From Paragordius varius (lineage: Eukaryota > Animalia > Nematomorpha), in the NCBI GenBank assembly GCA_964247055.1, contig OZ176052.1, forward strand, positions 6,448,001 to 6,512,000: a stretch of DNA of 64,000 bases. The letters run 5' to 3'. Both the position numbers and the translations under genes were made by a program. The notes under the pieces are model-generated. The model was not told the origin of the DNA. It did no database searches and saw only the letters and a program-made list of their open reading frames with translations. Shown here piece after piece: positions 1-11,300 of the stretch. Every line of letters starts with the position of its first letter. The stretch's first letter is position 1.

Positions 1-209
1 TTTATCCACTATTTATTGTATGGAATTTATCATTTTGCCTTAAAATAATTGTTAAGACTAAGAGATTATTTTGCTTTAAGGGTTATAGGATAATTCATAA
101 AAATGTTTACGAAATCCACATATTACAATTTGTTTAAAGATATTTTAAATTACACCATCATTGTTGTATAAAGAATTTGTTTCACATTTTTAAATAAAGA
201 GTTTCATAG

Positions 210-3200
210 AAAACGCAAACGCTAAGCAGAATTCGTCATTTGTTCATCATTATATTGAACATAATGTAACTACGACTGGGGGACACCCTCTTCAACAATA
301 CCCATATAATCGTGAACCTTATCCAAAATCTCGTAAATATTCATTTAAATATTAATTACAATAACATTTAGAATGAAATAAAAATTTTATAATTGCATTT
401 ATAATCAAAAAATCTAATATGTAAATTATATTGAATAAACTTTTGATATTTTACCATGCTAAATTAAAGTAAAAATCTTAAAAATACGATTTCTAACTTT
501 TTTTGAATTAAAAGAAGATTACATTTCGAAATAATTCATTACATTACCATTATAAACCGTTTAGCTGTATTGAAATGCACATACAAGCAATTAGATTTGG
601 AATCATTTCTTTCCCATTTTACTACCACGATATTTGATCCAACGCATTATGAGGACGGCAAAATTATAATATTTCAACATTATAAAGATACTAGTTTTGC
701 AGATAATAATGATAATTTAAATATCAATTCCAAATATCAATTATATCTTCAGTCATTATGTACAGAATCAACAACATTTATTGATCATATTAAACGATAT
801 AAAATCGACGGAAAAACATTTTTCAAATCCTCCCATTCGCGGAATAGCGATTTGTTGTATACTCACCATCATCCTCATCAAGATTATTTGGTTCATAATG
901 CATCTCTATTTGATTACAATGCACAGATTATCAATACAAATGGAATTGTTTTACCTGGTAAGCATTAATAATATCAAATATAGTATTTTGCTAATGCAGT
1001 GGTATTTAAAGCTTATTGGTTTACGGTAACCCTTTCAAAAATTATTTAATGCGTCCCTAAAACTAATTATTTTACGCTAAATTTTAATTATGATCGGTTC
1101 TTTTTGTTTTAAACAGAAAAAATAGAAATTTAAGAAAACGGTTTTTAACATAAAAAATTAATTTTTCATGGAATTCAATATAAAGGATTTTAGGCTAATG
1201 TAACAATGTTTTTAATCTTTACAATCGAAAAAATTGGTTGTCAAAATCATAGTAAAAATACAGAATATAAATTAATGATGAATGGTTAATTTTATGTTTA
1301 ATGGCTTAAAATATAAAGATGTATTTCATACGCCTTACTAAACTCATTTACGTAAAGGTCGTGTGAATTAATGATCTAAGGAATGTTTGATATAAAAAAT
1401 TTTACGATAAATTTTTTATCATATAAAACTGTTTTTAATATTTTTTAATTAACATAATAAACAATTACTTATTCACATATCTAATATTAAAATATAAAAA
1501 ATAGTTAATAAAATTATTTTATAATATTTTTACTTATATAAAAACTTATGTTTTGCCCCAAATTTCGCAAATAATAATTAAATTGAATAAACATCGCTAT
1601 TATCCGACAAACTATTGAAAATTTAACTTTAATTTCGAAACAAATATTGGCATATTTGATGATGTTTTATCTATTTTATTTTATTCAAGAACATGATCGC
1701 TATGTGGTGCTGGACGTTGAAATTGTTTTCAAAATTACCTATACCATCCTTGGTCAATCCATTCCAAATGCTACAATCAACACAATTGCTCAAACACTAT
1801 CCGACATTAAGCAACAACAACCTTACAATAAAAATAATGATTCACATACTGATTGTTATGATTTTATTGATGAACAACCTGCGAACGATAGAAATGAAAC
1901 TAATAAAAATGAAACTAATAAAAATGAAATTGGAAATCTCCGAGAATCAGACTCTAAGGTTATTGAAAATGTTAAACGACACATTTATCACAGTGTCTTA
2001 TCCGACAAGGAATTGAATGTTTTAGATGTTGGTTATTTTACAACAAATATATGCCTGTGTTGGGATCTTGAAACGCATCAAATCTTTTACATGAGCCCGA
2101 AACAGGTTAAAAATATTCCAAAAACGTTACAAATATTTGGGGAAATGAACATAGAAAAAATGGAACAGTTGATAGATGCCAATGATATTCCATCCCTATC
2201 TACTCCAATCACACTATATTTTAATCATCTTACCATCAATAAAGTATGTAATTTTGGTTATATTTTAAAGTATACCATTTACAATTCAATTTCACCCTTA
2301 AACAATTCAAATTCACCCTCACACAATTCAAATTTACCCTCAATACTATATTTTATATATTTTTCAATAATAAAAATTTTGTTTTAAATTAAAATAATAC
2401 TGAAAAAATAACAAACTATACCATAAACATAATTTATTTTTAGGGTGAATTTGAATTGTTCAAAGGTGAATTTGAATTGTTCAAGGGTGAATTTAAATTG
2501 TTCAAGGGTGAATTTGAATTGTTCGAAGGTGAATTTGAATTGTTCAAGGGTGAATTTGAATTGTTCGAATGTGAATTTGAATTGTTCAAGGGTAAATTTG
2601 AACTGTAAATGGTATATAAAAATAAAGAGATAATATACATTGTAATAAAATATATTTACATTCTCTGGTGTATTGTGATTTATTTGTCACTGATAAATAT
2701 AATAAAATTGTGTAATTTTATGTTGCTAATTTAAAATATTGAATTATATTTTTAAATATTTTATAATTTATAATCTAAAATTTTGTTAGATATGGGTTCC
2801 TTTACACAAAGAAATGCTTAATTTGAAAGAAAAATGGTCATCTGCCAACAGTAGATTTGCCCTAGAAAATTTCCACATTTTACACAATCTGGCTCTCCTT
2901 AGAGGTAATATTTTTAAAATATATCAATTTAATTTTTGTTTTTTAAGGAGAACACTTGCGTTATCAATTTAATATAAAATATTTTAATTGTTTAAAATGT
3001 TTTAAGTTTATATAGGCATTTATCACATTTTTAAAGAATCCCGATATTGATTATTCATAAGTCATTAAATTTAAGAACCAATTTTAAAAATTAAAATGTA
3101 AAACCATAATATGCAAATATAGTTGTTAAGCAAATTAATCAAACAAAATAATTATTTAGGCATATTGGAGTATATAATACTGGAGTTATAGATATTTGAA

Positions 3201-4235
3201 TTTCGATAGTTTTTGCCACACATGGATTATGTAAAAAATAAATTACCATTAATGAGAAATATAAGATTGTACAAATTTATGGACTTAATGTTAAAAGCTT
3301 TCGCGCATTATTAATTAAATGTTTAAATACGTTAATTCAAAGTAATAAAAAATAGATATATAAAATACCGAAATAGTTTTTATCTTAAAACTAAATCAAA
3401 ATTATTCTCAACGCTAAAAACAAAAAATTCTGACAATTAAAAAGGCAATTAAAATTTGTTGATTATATCCTTTTATAGTGTATGTTAAAAATATATTTTA
3501 AGTTAGATTGCCAGTTAAACACGTTAATATTTTCATCCTATCGCTGAAAAAAATTAGATGTGTATTAAAATGTTTTATGAAGGAGACTTAGCAGATTTGA
3601 TATAATTTAAAATCCATTATTTAATTATTTTTTCATATAAATTTAACCTTATAATATATAGGTAAATCACTCAATCGCATTGAACATCCTTCCGGCATTT
3701 ATTCATTAGTATTATAAAAAAATTATAATTTTGTATTTAAATATATAGTCAATGCTTAATTTATTAATTGAATAAATATATTTGTACATATATAAACATA
3801 TAATATATATTTATATTTAAATTATTTATTTCCGTATAAAAACTAAAAAATTTGTTTTTTAAACACCCCTTAAATCCCTACCGATCAATTTTTTAATATT
3901 TCTTCGCTATAAAGAAATTTCTAGGTTGGGCCTGGCCTACATGACCGTTATATCGCGTGATATTAAATAATATAATATTTTTTATATATAATGTAAAAAT
4001 TTTGAAATTTTAAAAAATCATTAGTTGCTATCAATATATATTTGAAACTATACCGATTTTAACGGTTATCTTTTTTTTAGTAAAAATATTCTTATATTGT
4101 CGTAATGATGATTGCATTTGTAAGCAACCTGACCAGTATGTATTTTTTTACGTTCAAAAACTAATTTTCTAGTATGACCATAAATCGCTTATTTGCAGTT
4201 ACTATTTTTTTCAGAAAGAGAACAAATTGATTTAA
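210..4235 (+). CDS. Multi-exon gene of unknown function; 5' end upstream of the window, last exon uncertain
   Basis: Phase-compatible GT-AG exons 210-332, 565-957, 1690-2243 and 2790-2904 give a continuous frame (...TGGHPLQQYPYNREPYPKSPVLKCTYKQLDLESF...PEHDRYVVLDVEIVFK...LYFNHLTINK|IWVPLHKEMLNLKEKW...). The next exon is either 2948-3015 or 4081-4135 plus a short exon near 4200-4235. No family recognised. Confidence 0.6.
2271..2616. mobile_element. Foldback/MITE family A (TATACC termini, 21-bp subterminal arrays)
   Basis: TATACCATTTACA...TGTAAATGGTATA; 3 units on the left and 8 on the right of the 21-mer TTGAACAATTCAAATTCACCC / GGGTGAATTTGAATTGTTCAA. Confidence 0.85.
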
Positions 4236-4549
4236 ATGTTTCGGCAATTTACATACAGTGATTAAAATTATTGACAAAAAACCAGTCTAACTAAGCTCAT
4301 TAAAATGGATGTTGTAAAAATAAGCATTTATTTGACTATCACAAACGGGGAGAGTAAGATGTTTGTAAAAAGTGTATGTGGGCATGTGCATTCCAAAATT
4401 TAACTATTGTAGTATAGGAATAAGATATGATTTTTTATTATGTACACAACAAAATATTTCATTATTATTTGTCATAATAATTATTATTTAACGTTTTGTC
4501 TCAATTACACATATGAAAATATATATAACAGAGGGAGGGTCTTTTCTTA

Positions 4550-7500
4550 TTAGTGCGTTTGACATTGAACTCTTTGATAGCCTGGACCGCCGCCTTCCTC
4601 GTCCTCCATGTCGTCTCCATCATCGTCACTATCTACAAATAATAAAAAAGACAAAACGTAAAAAATATTTTTTTGAATCAACTGTAGTACTGTTAATATA
4701 AAATTAATAAAGAAAAAACGTAAAAATTTTAAATAAAAAGATGTTGAAAAACATATTTTTAAAATCTTGATTCTTTTTTATATGAATGCTCTATCGTTTT
4801 GAGCTGCCAAAAAAATAGATTTATAGATTGATAACACGCTTTATGGTGTTCTTTATAAAATAGCCCCCTTTTTGTATTTTTAATATATAGTAAAAGTGCA
4901 CGCTTATAAGAGCTGGAATCAAAAAATAAATCACATGTCTATGTTTTTTAAGTATTAATTTTTTCCTATAACATATATTGGGGTTAATAACAGATCCTCA
5001 ATTCATCCACACGTGATAAGTCGCTTTGGATTGGTAAAAAAATTGGGAATCAAAAAAGTAATGACGGTTGCTTTGTATATATTTAGCGCCATTATTTTAA
5101 ATGATAATGTGTTTTTGTGATTTTAAATTTTATCAATTAATAACAGTAAAGTTAAATAGAAAATAAATTGAATAACAGAAATTATAAATGATATGTGAAA
5201 CCCTTTCGCAATAGTAATCGTACTAGTTTCGTGCTTGTTAGCACTCATCAGTACGACACACCTTAACTTGGGGTTTTCACATATCGATTCCGTATGTACA
5301 TCCAACTTTGCAATTTTGGTATAAGTGCAGTCGGTTAAACGAATTTAAATTTAATTGATATTCATGAAAATTAAACTGAGAAATAACACACTAGGTTTAA
5401 CCCTAGATTAAGAGTATAGCTACTTAAGGATTTTGTAAAAATCAATTTTACATAATCAACTTTTTTACATGAAAAAAATTTGAAGCTTTAATTGCAATGT
5501 CTCAAAAAAATGAGTTTATATACCAGCTCCAGCAGCCATCCTGTGGCCTCCAAGTAATTCATCAAAAATAAAATTGCCAGTTGAACCGGCAACACGTTTC
5601 TTAGATTTAGGGATGGGGCCGTTTGCTGTAAATTTTTTGTCGGATGGATCAGGCATTTCTGCAATAAACTATAACAACACAAATAATAAAAGGATAAAAT
5701 TTACAGCCATAAATCTCATTGCACTTAACAAAAATATGAAATAAATATAGCATAATAATATTATCTGGATAGGAAAAATAGGTAAAAATGCTCATCAACA
5801 ATTTTTATTGCTAAATTAATTTATTTTCAAACCGCTCCCCGTCATATAATTTCCATTTACATTTTTGGCTTTCTATCTAATATAATTTTCAGTCTATATG
5901 GTTAGTTCCAAATTCTCGTATATCCAAAAACAGAATCATCGATATATATTTATTAATAACATTAAACACTAATGTTGGTGGCAAAAGAAAAAAGTCCACT
6001 TTCTGAATCTATAAAAAAGGAACAAAACCTATGTAATCTCACCACACAAACGCAAAAAAAGAAAAATATGGTTTGAATTACTTCATAGTAAAAAATCCAC
6101 ATCAGAAGTCCAGAACTTATGCCATTATTATATTTTAATAAAATTTTCAATTTAATATATTTTTTTGTAAGGGTTTTAATGCGGATACTGATTCATGTAT
6201 TTTCCCCACAATGGGGGTCACATTATGTAGGGAGTTTTAAAAATTTGAAAATATTCAATTTTCTAAAAACTTTATATACTTCTTCAATTTCTTGATTAGA
6301 GGCGTCCGTTTCCATACCATCTATCTCGCCTGCCTCATTATCGTCGTTATCATTGTAGAGCGAATGATCGGGGAGAATTTTGTGGAGGAAGGCAGTTTGA
6401 TCAGCACTTAGAGTGCCAGTAAATTTTTCCGGGAATAACACTTGAAAAGTAATGTAAAGTTTTCCTTTATCCATGGGATGTTTGTAGATGGGCATTCCTT
6501 CGCCCATGATACTGCGCACTTCACCAGGCCTAATTACCTCACCTATGTAGGAATTTAATAATAAAAAACGGATAATTAGACAGATTTACAATTTATAATT
6601 AACAAGTATTTCTTTATGTAATATACGGTAAAATGATGATGACAAAACGGCAAATTCCATTTTACCCCTACTTTTATACAACCGTCATAATAAATGCTTT
6701 ACCCGGTGGGGCTGATATTATGAGTGAGCGACCATCTAATGTGTGAATTGCATCTTTGAAACCACACAGGGCTCGTGGTAGATCAAGCTTAACTGTGGTG
6801 TATAAGTCATCGCCTTTGCGTTTGAAAACAGGGTCATCCCGTTCCTCTAGAATAACATAGAGGTCACCAGAAGGAATTCCTGGTTCTTGATTGCCTTCGC
6901 CCAAAAATGAGAGTCTTTGCCCATCTTTCATGCCTAAACAAACAACATAAAATATTAGTGCTGCTTGCGCACGTGATATATAAATATTGTGCCTAGAACC
7001 TAACACATACAACGTCTTAGAATTTTAGTTACAAATTCAAAAGAAAAGAGAGAAAAATATAATTCATAAAATTTTTAATAGTAAAGGATAATGAGATTAA
7101 AAAATGAAACACTCAATAAAAATATATGTGTTATGTTTACAAAAATACTTTTACCATTTATATAAAAAAAAGAAACTGCTATTAAAGTATCATTAGTACG
7201 TAAAGTAGTCAAACCTTTATCAATGTGAACTTCAAACAATTTCTTTTCCGGGACAACTTTGCGTCCGTCACAAGCGCGACACCTGTCTTTGGGGGCAAAA
7301 CGCTCGCCTTCCCCATTGCAATCATCGCATTTGGAGAGAGATTGTTGAACCAAGCCCATGGCTATCCGTTGAAACGATTTCACAGTTCCACTCCCGTGAC
7401 AAGTTTGACAGTATTCAATATTTGCACCTTTACGGCCACCCTTTCCTGCAAAAAACGAATTAATTAAAATAAGTATAAAACTGTCCTTTATTTATCAGTA

Positions 7501-8213
7501 TCGGTTGCATATATTTTTCTTAAAAATAGTTTAGCGCGAAATCGATTATAGAATTTTTTTCCAAAATGGGTTGGTTATTTTTTGGTAATTGGTATAACGA
7601 CTCTGATTAGAATTCAGTTTTACAAACATAGAGTAACTATATGTTAGATTATAAAAATTTATTGGGCCCTTCTTTTTGCTGAATTATTCTATGTCAAAAA
7701 TAAGATTATACTGAATGTTTCCGGTTCCATTTTAAATATCAATAAAAAATATAATAGTACCTTCGCATTTCGAACAAAGGATTTTGCGAGACACTTCGAC
7801 ATTACGAGTACTACCGTTATAAAACTCAGATAAATTAACATCAATGTCGAGGAAAATATCCTTTGCCTTGCGTTCCTTCCTAGATGCTGGCCCACCGCCA
7901 CCACCAAAAAACATTTCAAAAATGTCCATGGGAGAACTAAACATTCCTTCCCCATGAGATCCTCCTTCTTTAATACCCTGTTCACCGCTCATATCATAAA
8001 TTTTTCGTTTATTTGCATCGGAAAGAACTTCGTACGCTTGTGAAATTTGTTTAAACTAAAAATTACATTTCTCATGTATACCTTTTCACCCTCTGTGGGG
8101 TTTTTGTCGGGATGATATTTTAAGGCTAGCTTTCGATAAGCTTTTTTCAATTCATCTTCCGTTGCATTTGGGCGAACACCGAGTATATCATAATAGCCAG
8201 TTTCTTTAACCAT
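4550..8213 (-). CDS. DNAJA1: Type I DnaJ/Hsp40 co-chaperone (DNAJA1/DNAJA4-like), 7 exons
   Basis: [14 protein letters not shown]-domain with HPDK; G/F-rich region; four zinc-finger repeats ([32 protein letters not shown]); C-terminal domain GDLYV...GEGMP; last exon 4632-4550 encodes [27 protein letters not shown] with a CaaX box. Penultimate exon 5668-5524 is phase-compatible on both sides. Assignment to a specific DNAJA paralog is uncertain. Confidence 0.93.
5130..5380 (-). repeat. Dispersed hammerhead-containing repeat, copy 1 (last intron of DNAJA)
   Basis: Near-identical by eye to 14925-15160 in reverse orientation (TTATACCAAAATTGCAAAGTTGGAT...GATATGTGAAAACCCCAAG...GGGTTTCACATATC). Ends approximate. 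Confidence 0.85.
5217..5257 (-). ncRNA. Minimal type I hammerhead ribozyme motif, copy 1 (cleavage triplet damaged)
   Basis: Minus strand GTCGTA-CTGATGA-GTGCT-AACA-AGCAC-GAAA-CTAGT-ACGAT: intact catalytic core and perfect stem II, palindromic ACTAGT in stem III; 2 nt missing at the cleavage site relative to copy 2. Confidence 0.8.
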
Positions 8214-8336
8214 CACGTTAAGCAGCAAAAAGAATATTCTCAATAGTATTTACCGCTAGGAAAGCCGATAAATTATTAATTTTTTAGTAAAATAAAATAA
8301 AATAATTTTGGAATCTATAGTTCTTATTTTTAAAAT
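8214..8336. promoter_or_regulatory. Putative bidirectional promoter between DNAJA and the PTP gene
   Basis: 123 bp between divergent predicted start codons; inferred from geometry only. Confidence 0.55.
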
Positions 8337-11300
8337 ATGATACCGAAATCTACTTGGGAATCAAATTATAATTTATATGAAAATAAAAAGTTGTGGAAAA
8401 ATATATTTGAGGTATAATCTGGAAAATAGAAATTATATTATTATCAAAATGTATTATAAATAGGTAATTGGCCAACTAAGTGATGAGATGTTTTCCGATT
8501 ATTCCAAAAGCATTGCTAGGGACTCAGATAATAAAAAATTTAATCGATACAATAGTATTGTTCCTTATGATGGAAGCCGAGTTATTCTTAAATCGTCCAC
8601 GCACGATTACATAAATGCATCGTATGTGATCTGTTCAATACCGATCATCAGCTCAAATAGTGAGCTTAACAAAGATTACTCTAAAGACAGCGATATCGAA
8701 AAAACACTTACCATTATAGAAACAGACCTAAAACATGCTTTTGAAATTGCATCAATGGAAGAAAAAAATGCAAAAACGAAAAGCAATAACATTAAAAGAA
8801 GGTATATCGCAACTCAAGGCCCATTACCCAATACATGTGGCGATTTTTGGTTAATGATTTTAAATGAGCACATCAACATTATTGCGATGCTTTGTAATGT
8901 GGAGGAAGATGAAAAGGTTTGATGCTTGTTTAATACAATTTTATTTTATTGAACTTTGATTCAAATTGGGGTAACTAATGACACCATATCATACAAAAAT
9001 TTATAAAAACTACTGAAGTAGATGGTTTAAAAATAAATTTATCCCTATTTCCTAATAAATATTATATAAATAGGCCAAAACAACTAAATAAATTCAAGTT
9101 TTAAAAAATTAGCTCCACATCAAACTACTTCGACGCCATTTTTTTTTATAACAGCTTTGCAAAATAAATTATTTTTTTTATTCTGACGATAAAATTAAAT
9201 TTTTTTTATTACCACTCCTTTACCTTAGCTGTCAAAAATATGCTTTTTTAGCCTTTTACACTCATTATATATTTTTTTTTAAAATATGTAAAATAGTGAA
9301 AAATGTTAAAATTTTTTCGTAGCCATTTTAACCGCTAATGCAACAGGAAAATAAATGTATATTATATTTAGAAAATGTAAATTATCTTTAAAAAGCTTTA
9401 ACGCTACATTTTACCAGCAAAAACTTGATATATCTTGATTTTATTTCAACTGTTCGTTTCGATCGTGTTTTTAGAGTTGCAAATTTCTCTAAGTCACAAA
9501 ATTAAATATAATTTTATCTGATAATCAATGTTTGATAATTAAATTTAACAGTAGTTTATTTGGTAGAATGAGTTCTGGGATAAAAAACTAACCCAATATG
9601 TCATCGCGCCCAAAAAAATGAAAAAATCATACATTAAAATTGGGTTATTTTGTATTATTATTATATTTATCTAATGCATACATGTCATGTTGGCTAAATT
9701 TTTACCTTCGGGTTTTCCATAAAATAAGTAATATCAATTTTTTTCAAATTTTTATTTTATATTTCGGTAAATCAATGTTATATAAGTTTGCAATAGTATC
9801 AATTTATTCCATCTTCTATGAAATAGATTTTATACAAATCTGGGTACCATATCGAATAAAAGAGCTGAAACGAATGTGTTGTATTCAAGTGTTTATTGAG
9901 GTCGCTTTCTACCCCAGAGCGAATCAAATTTTAATATATTATTTTTTATAATGAGTCAAATTTAAATTGCTTTATATGGCCTTTTAGCTGCATCAAAAAT
10001 AATTTTAAACAATGTAAAATGGTTGATAATCATTTTAAACTCTAAACTGCCAATCATTATCAATTATATAAAATAGGCTTATAAATCATGATTTAAATTT
10101 AAAAATAATAACTTTAAATGCATTTAATTTTGTATTGAGACTAAGGGTGGAATGATAAAAAAGTCGCACTTGACTTGTAAGTCAAGCGTGGCTAGTTGCG
10201 CAAGTTTTTTTTAAGCATGCAAGTGGGCGCTTGAAGATCGGTGATAAAAAAAACTTAAGTCTAGTCTTTTGCTTGTGAATGTAACATTTTTTGCCACCCA
10301 TTTCGAATTTTACGGAAATTATTTTGATCATTTTCAGCCAAAATTTATAAAATACGGCACAAAATCAGTGGCATATATCTTATTTAATATTATAGCTTCA
10401 ATATTGAGCGCGGTAACTACAATTTTTAAGTTGAAGAAACTATTCGCCCTTAAAACACTCTCTATTATTTCACCATACTTCACTTTGTTAGGGTCCATTG
10501 CGAATATTATGGGGTTTATAGAATACAACATTTAATATTTTTAAATTTGAAATAAATTTATGATGAAATCAACTCTTTACATGTTTTAATGGTGAAGTAG
10601 CGTTTATTATTTTATGTAAAACGAAGATTTAATTTTAAACAAGATTAATATTTAATTATTAATTTTAAACCGAGAATCAATTATTTTGCGACTTTACGGA
10701 ATCGATAAATTTCGCATATTTTTATGCATTATCCTTAAATATTAGCAGAGTTTCTCTAAAAATTTACCTTTTGTATCCGCCCAATTATAGGTCAAAGCCA
10801 AAATCAAATCAGCAGTTTATAGCATTAACAAAGTTACTTGCATATAAAACCTAAATTATATAGAGATTCCAAAATAATTTTATTTTTTATTCTGTCAAGT
10901 GTGCCCTGCACGACACTTTTAAAATCTTTAAGTTTTACTTGATCATATAATTTTTATCACCACCAAATCAAGTCTTGCTTGACTTAAGTCCTCTAATGTT
11001 AAATTTTTTTTATACATGAAAGCAAGCCATGACTTTAAAAATTGCAAGTCAAGTCAAAAATTTATTTTATCATTCCACCCTTTCTCGGTGGTTGTTCTTT
11101 AGAATCGGCTGTTTGAATCATTTAGATTTACTTCCAAAAATTTTATACCGTGGAACTCACAAAACTGTTAAATAGAGCTTTTTATCTAATTAATAAATAT
11201 AGAGATGATTACACTTTACCAAATAATTTTTGTATGATATTTTATTACAAATAAAGCCTGGATAAAAATCACTCCAACCGTATACATATTAAATTAGGTA

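Noticed and set aside
2440-2640. Repetitive ORFs (NNSNSPL / VNLNCSR repeats)
   Set aside because: They are translations of the 21-bp array of foldback family A; open on both strands and not coding.
5123-5305. Duplicated small ORF (also 15002-15235) as a protein-coding paralog pair
   Set aside because: The frames differ by indels and lie in introns; the conserved feature is RNA structure (hammerhead).
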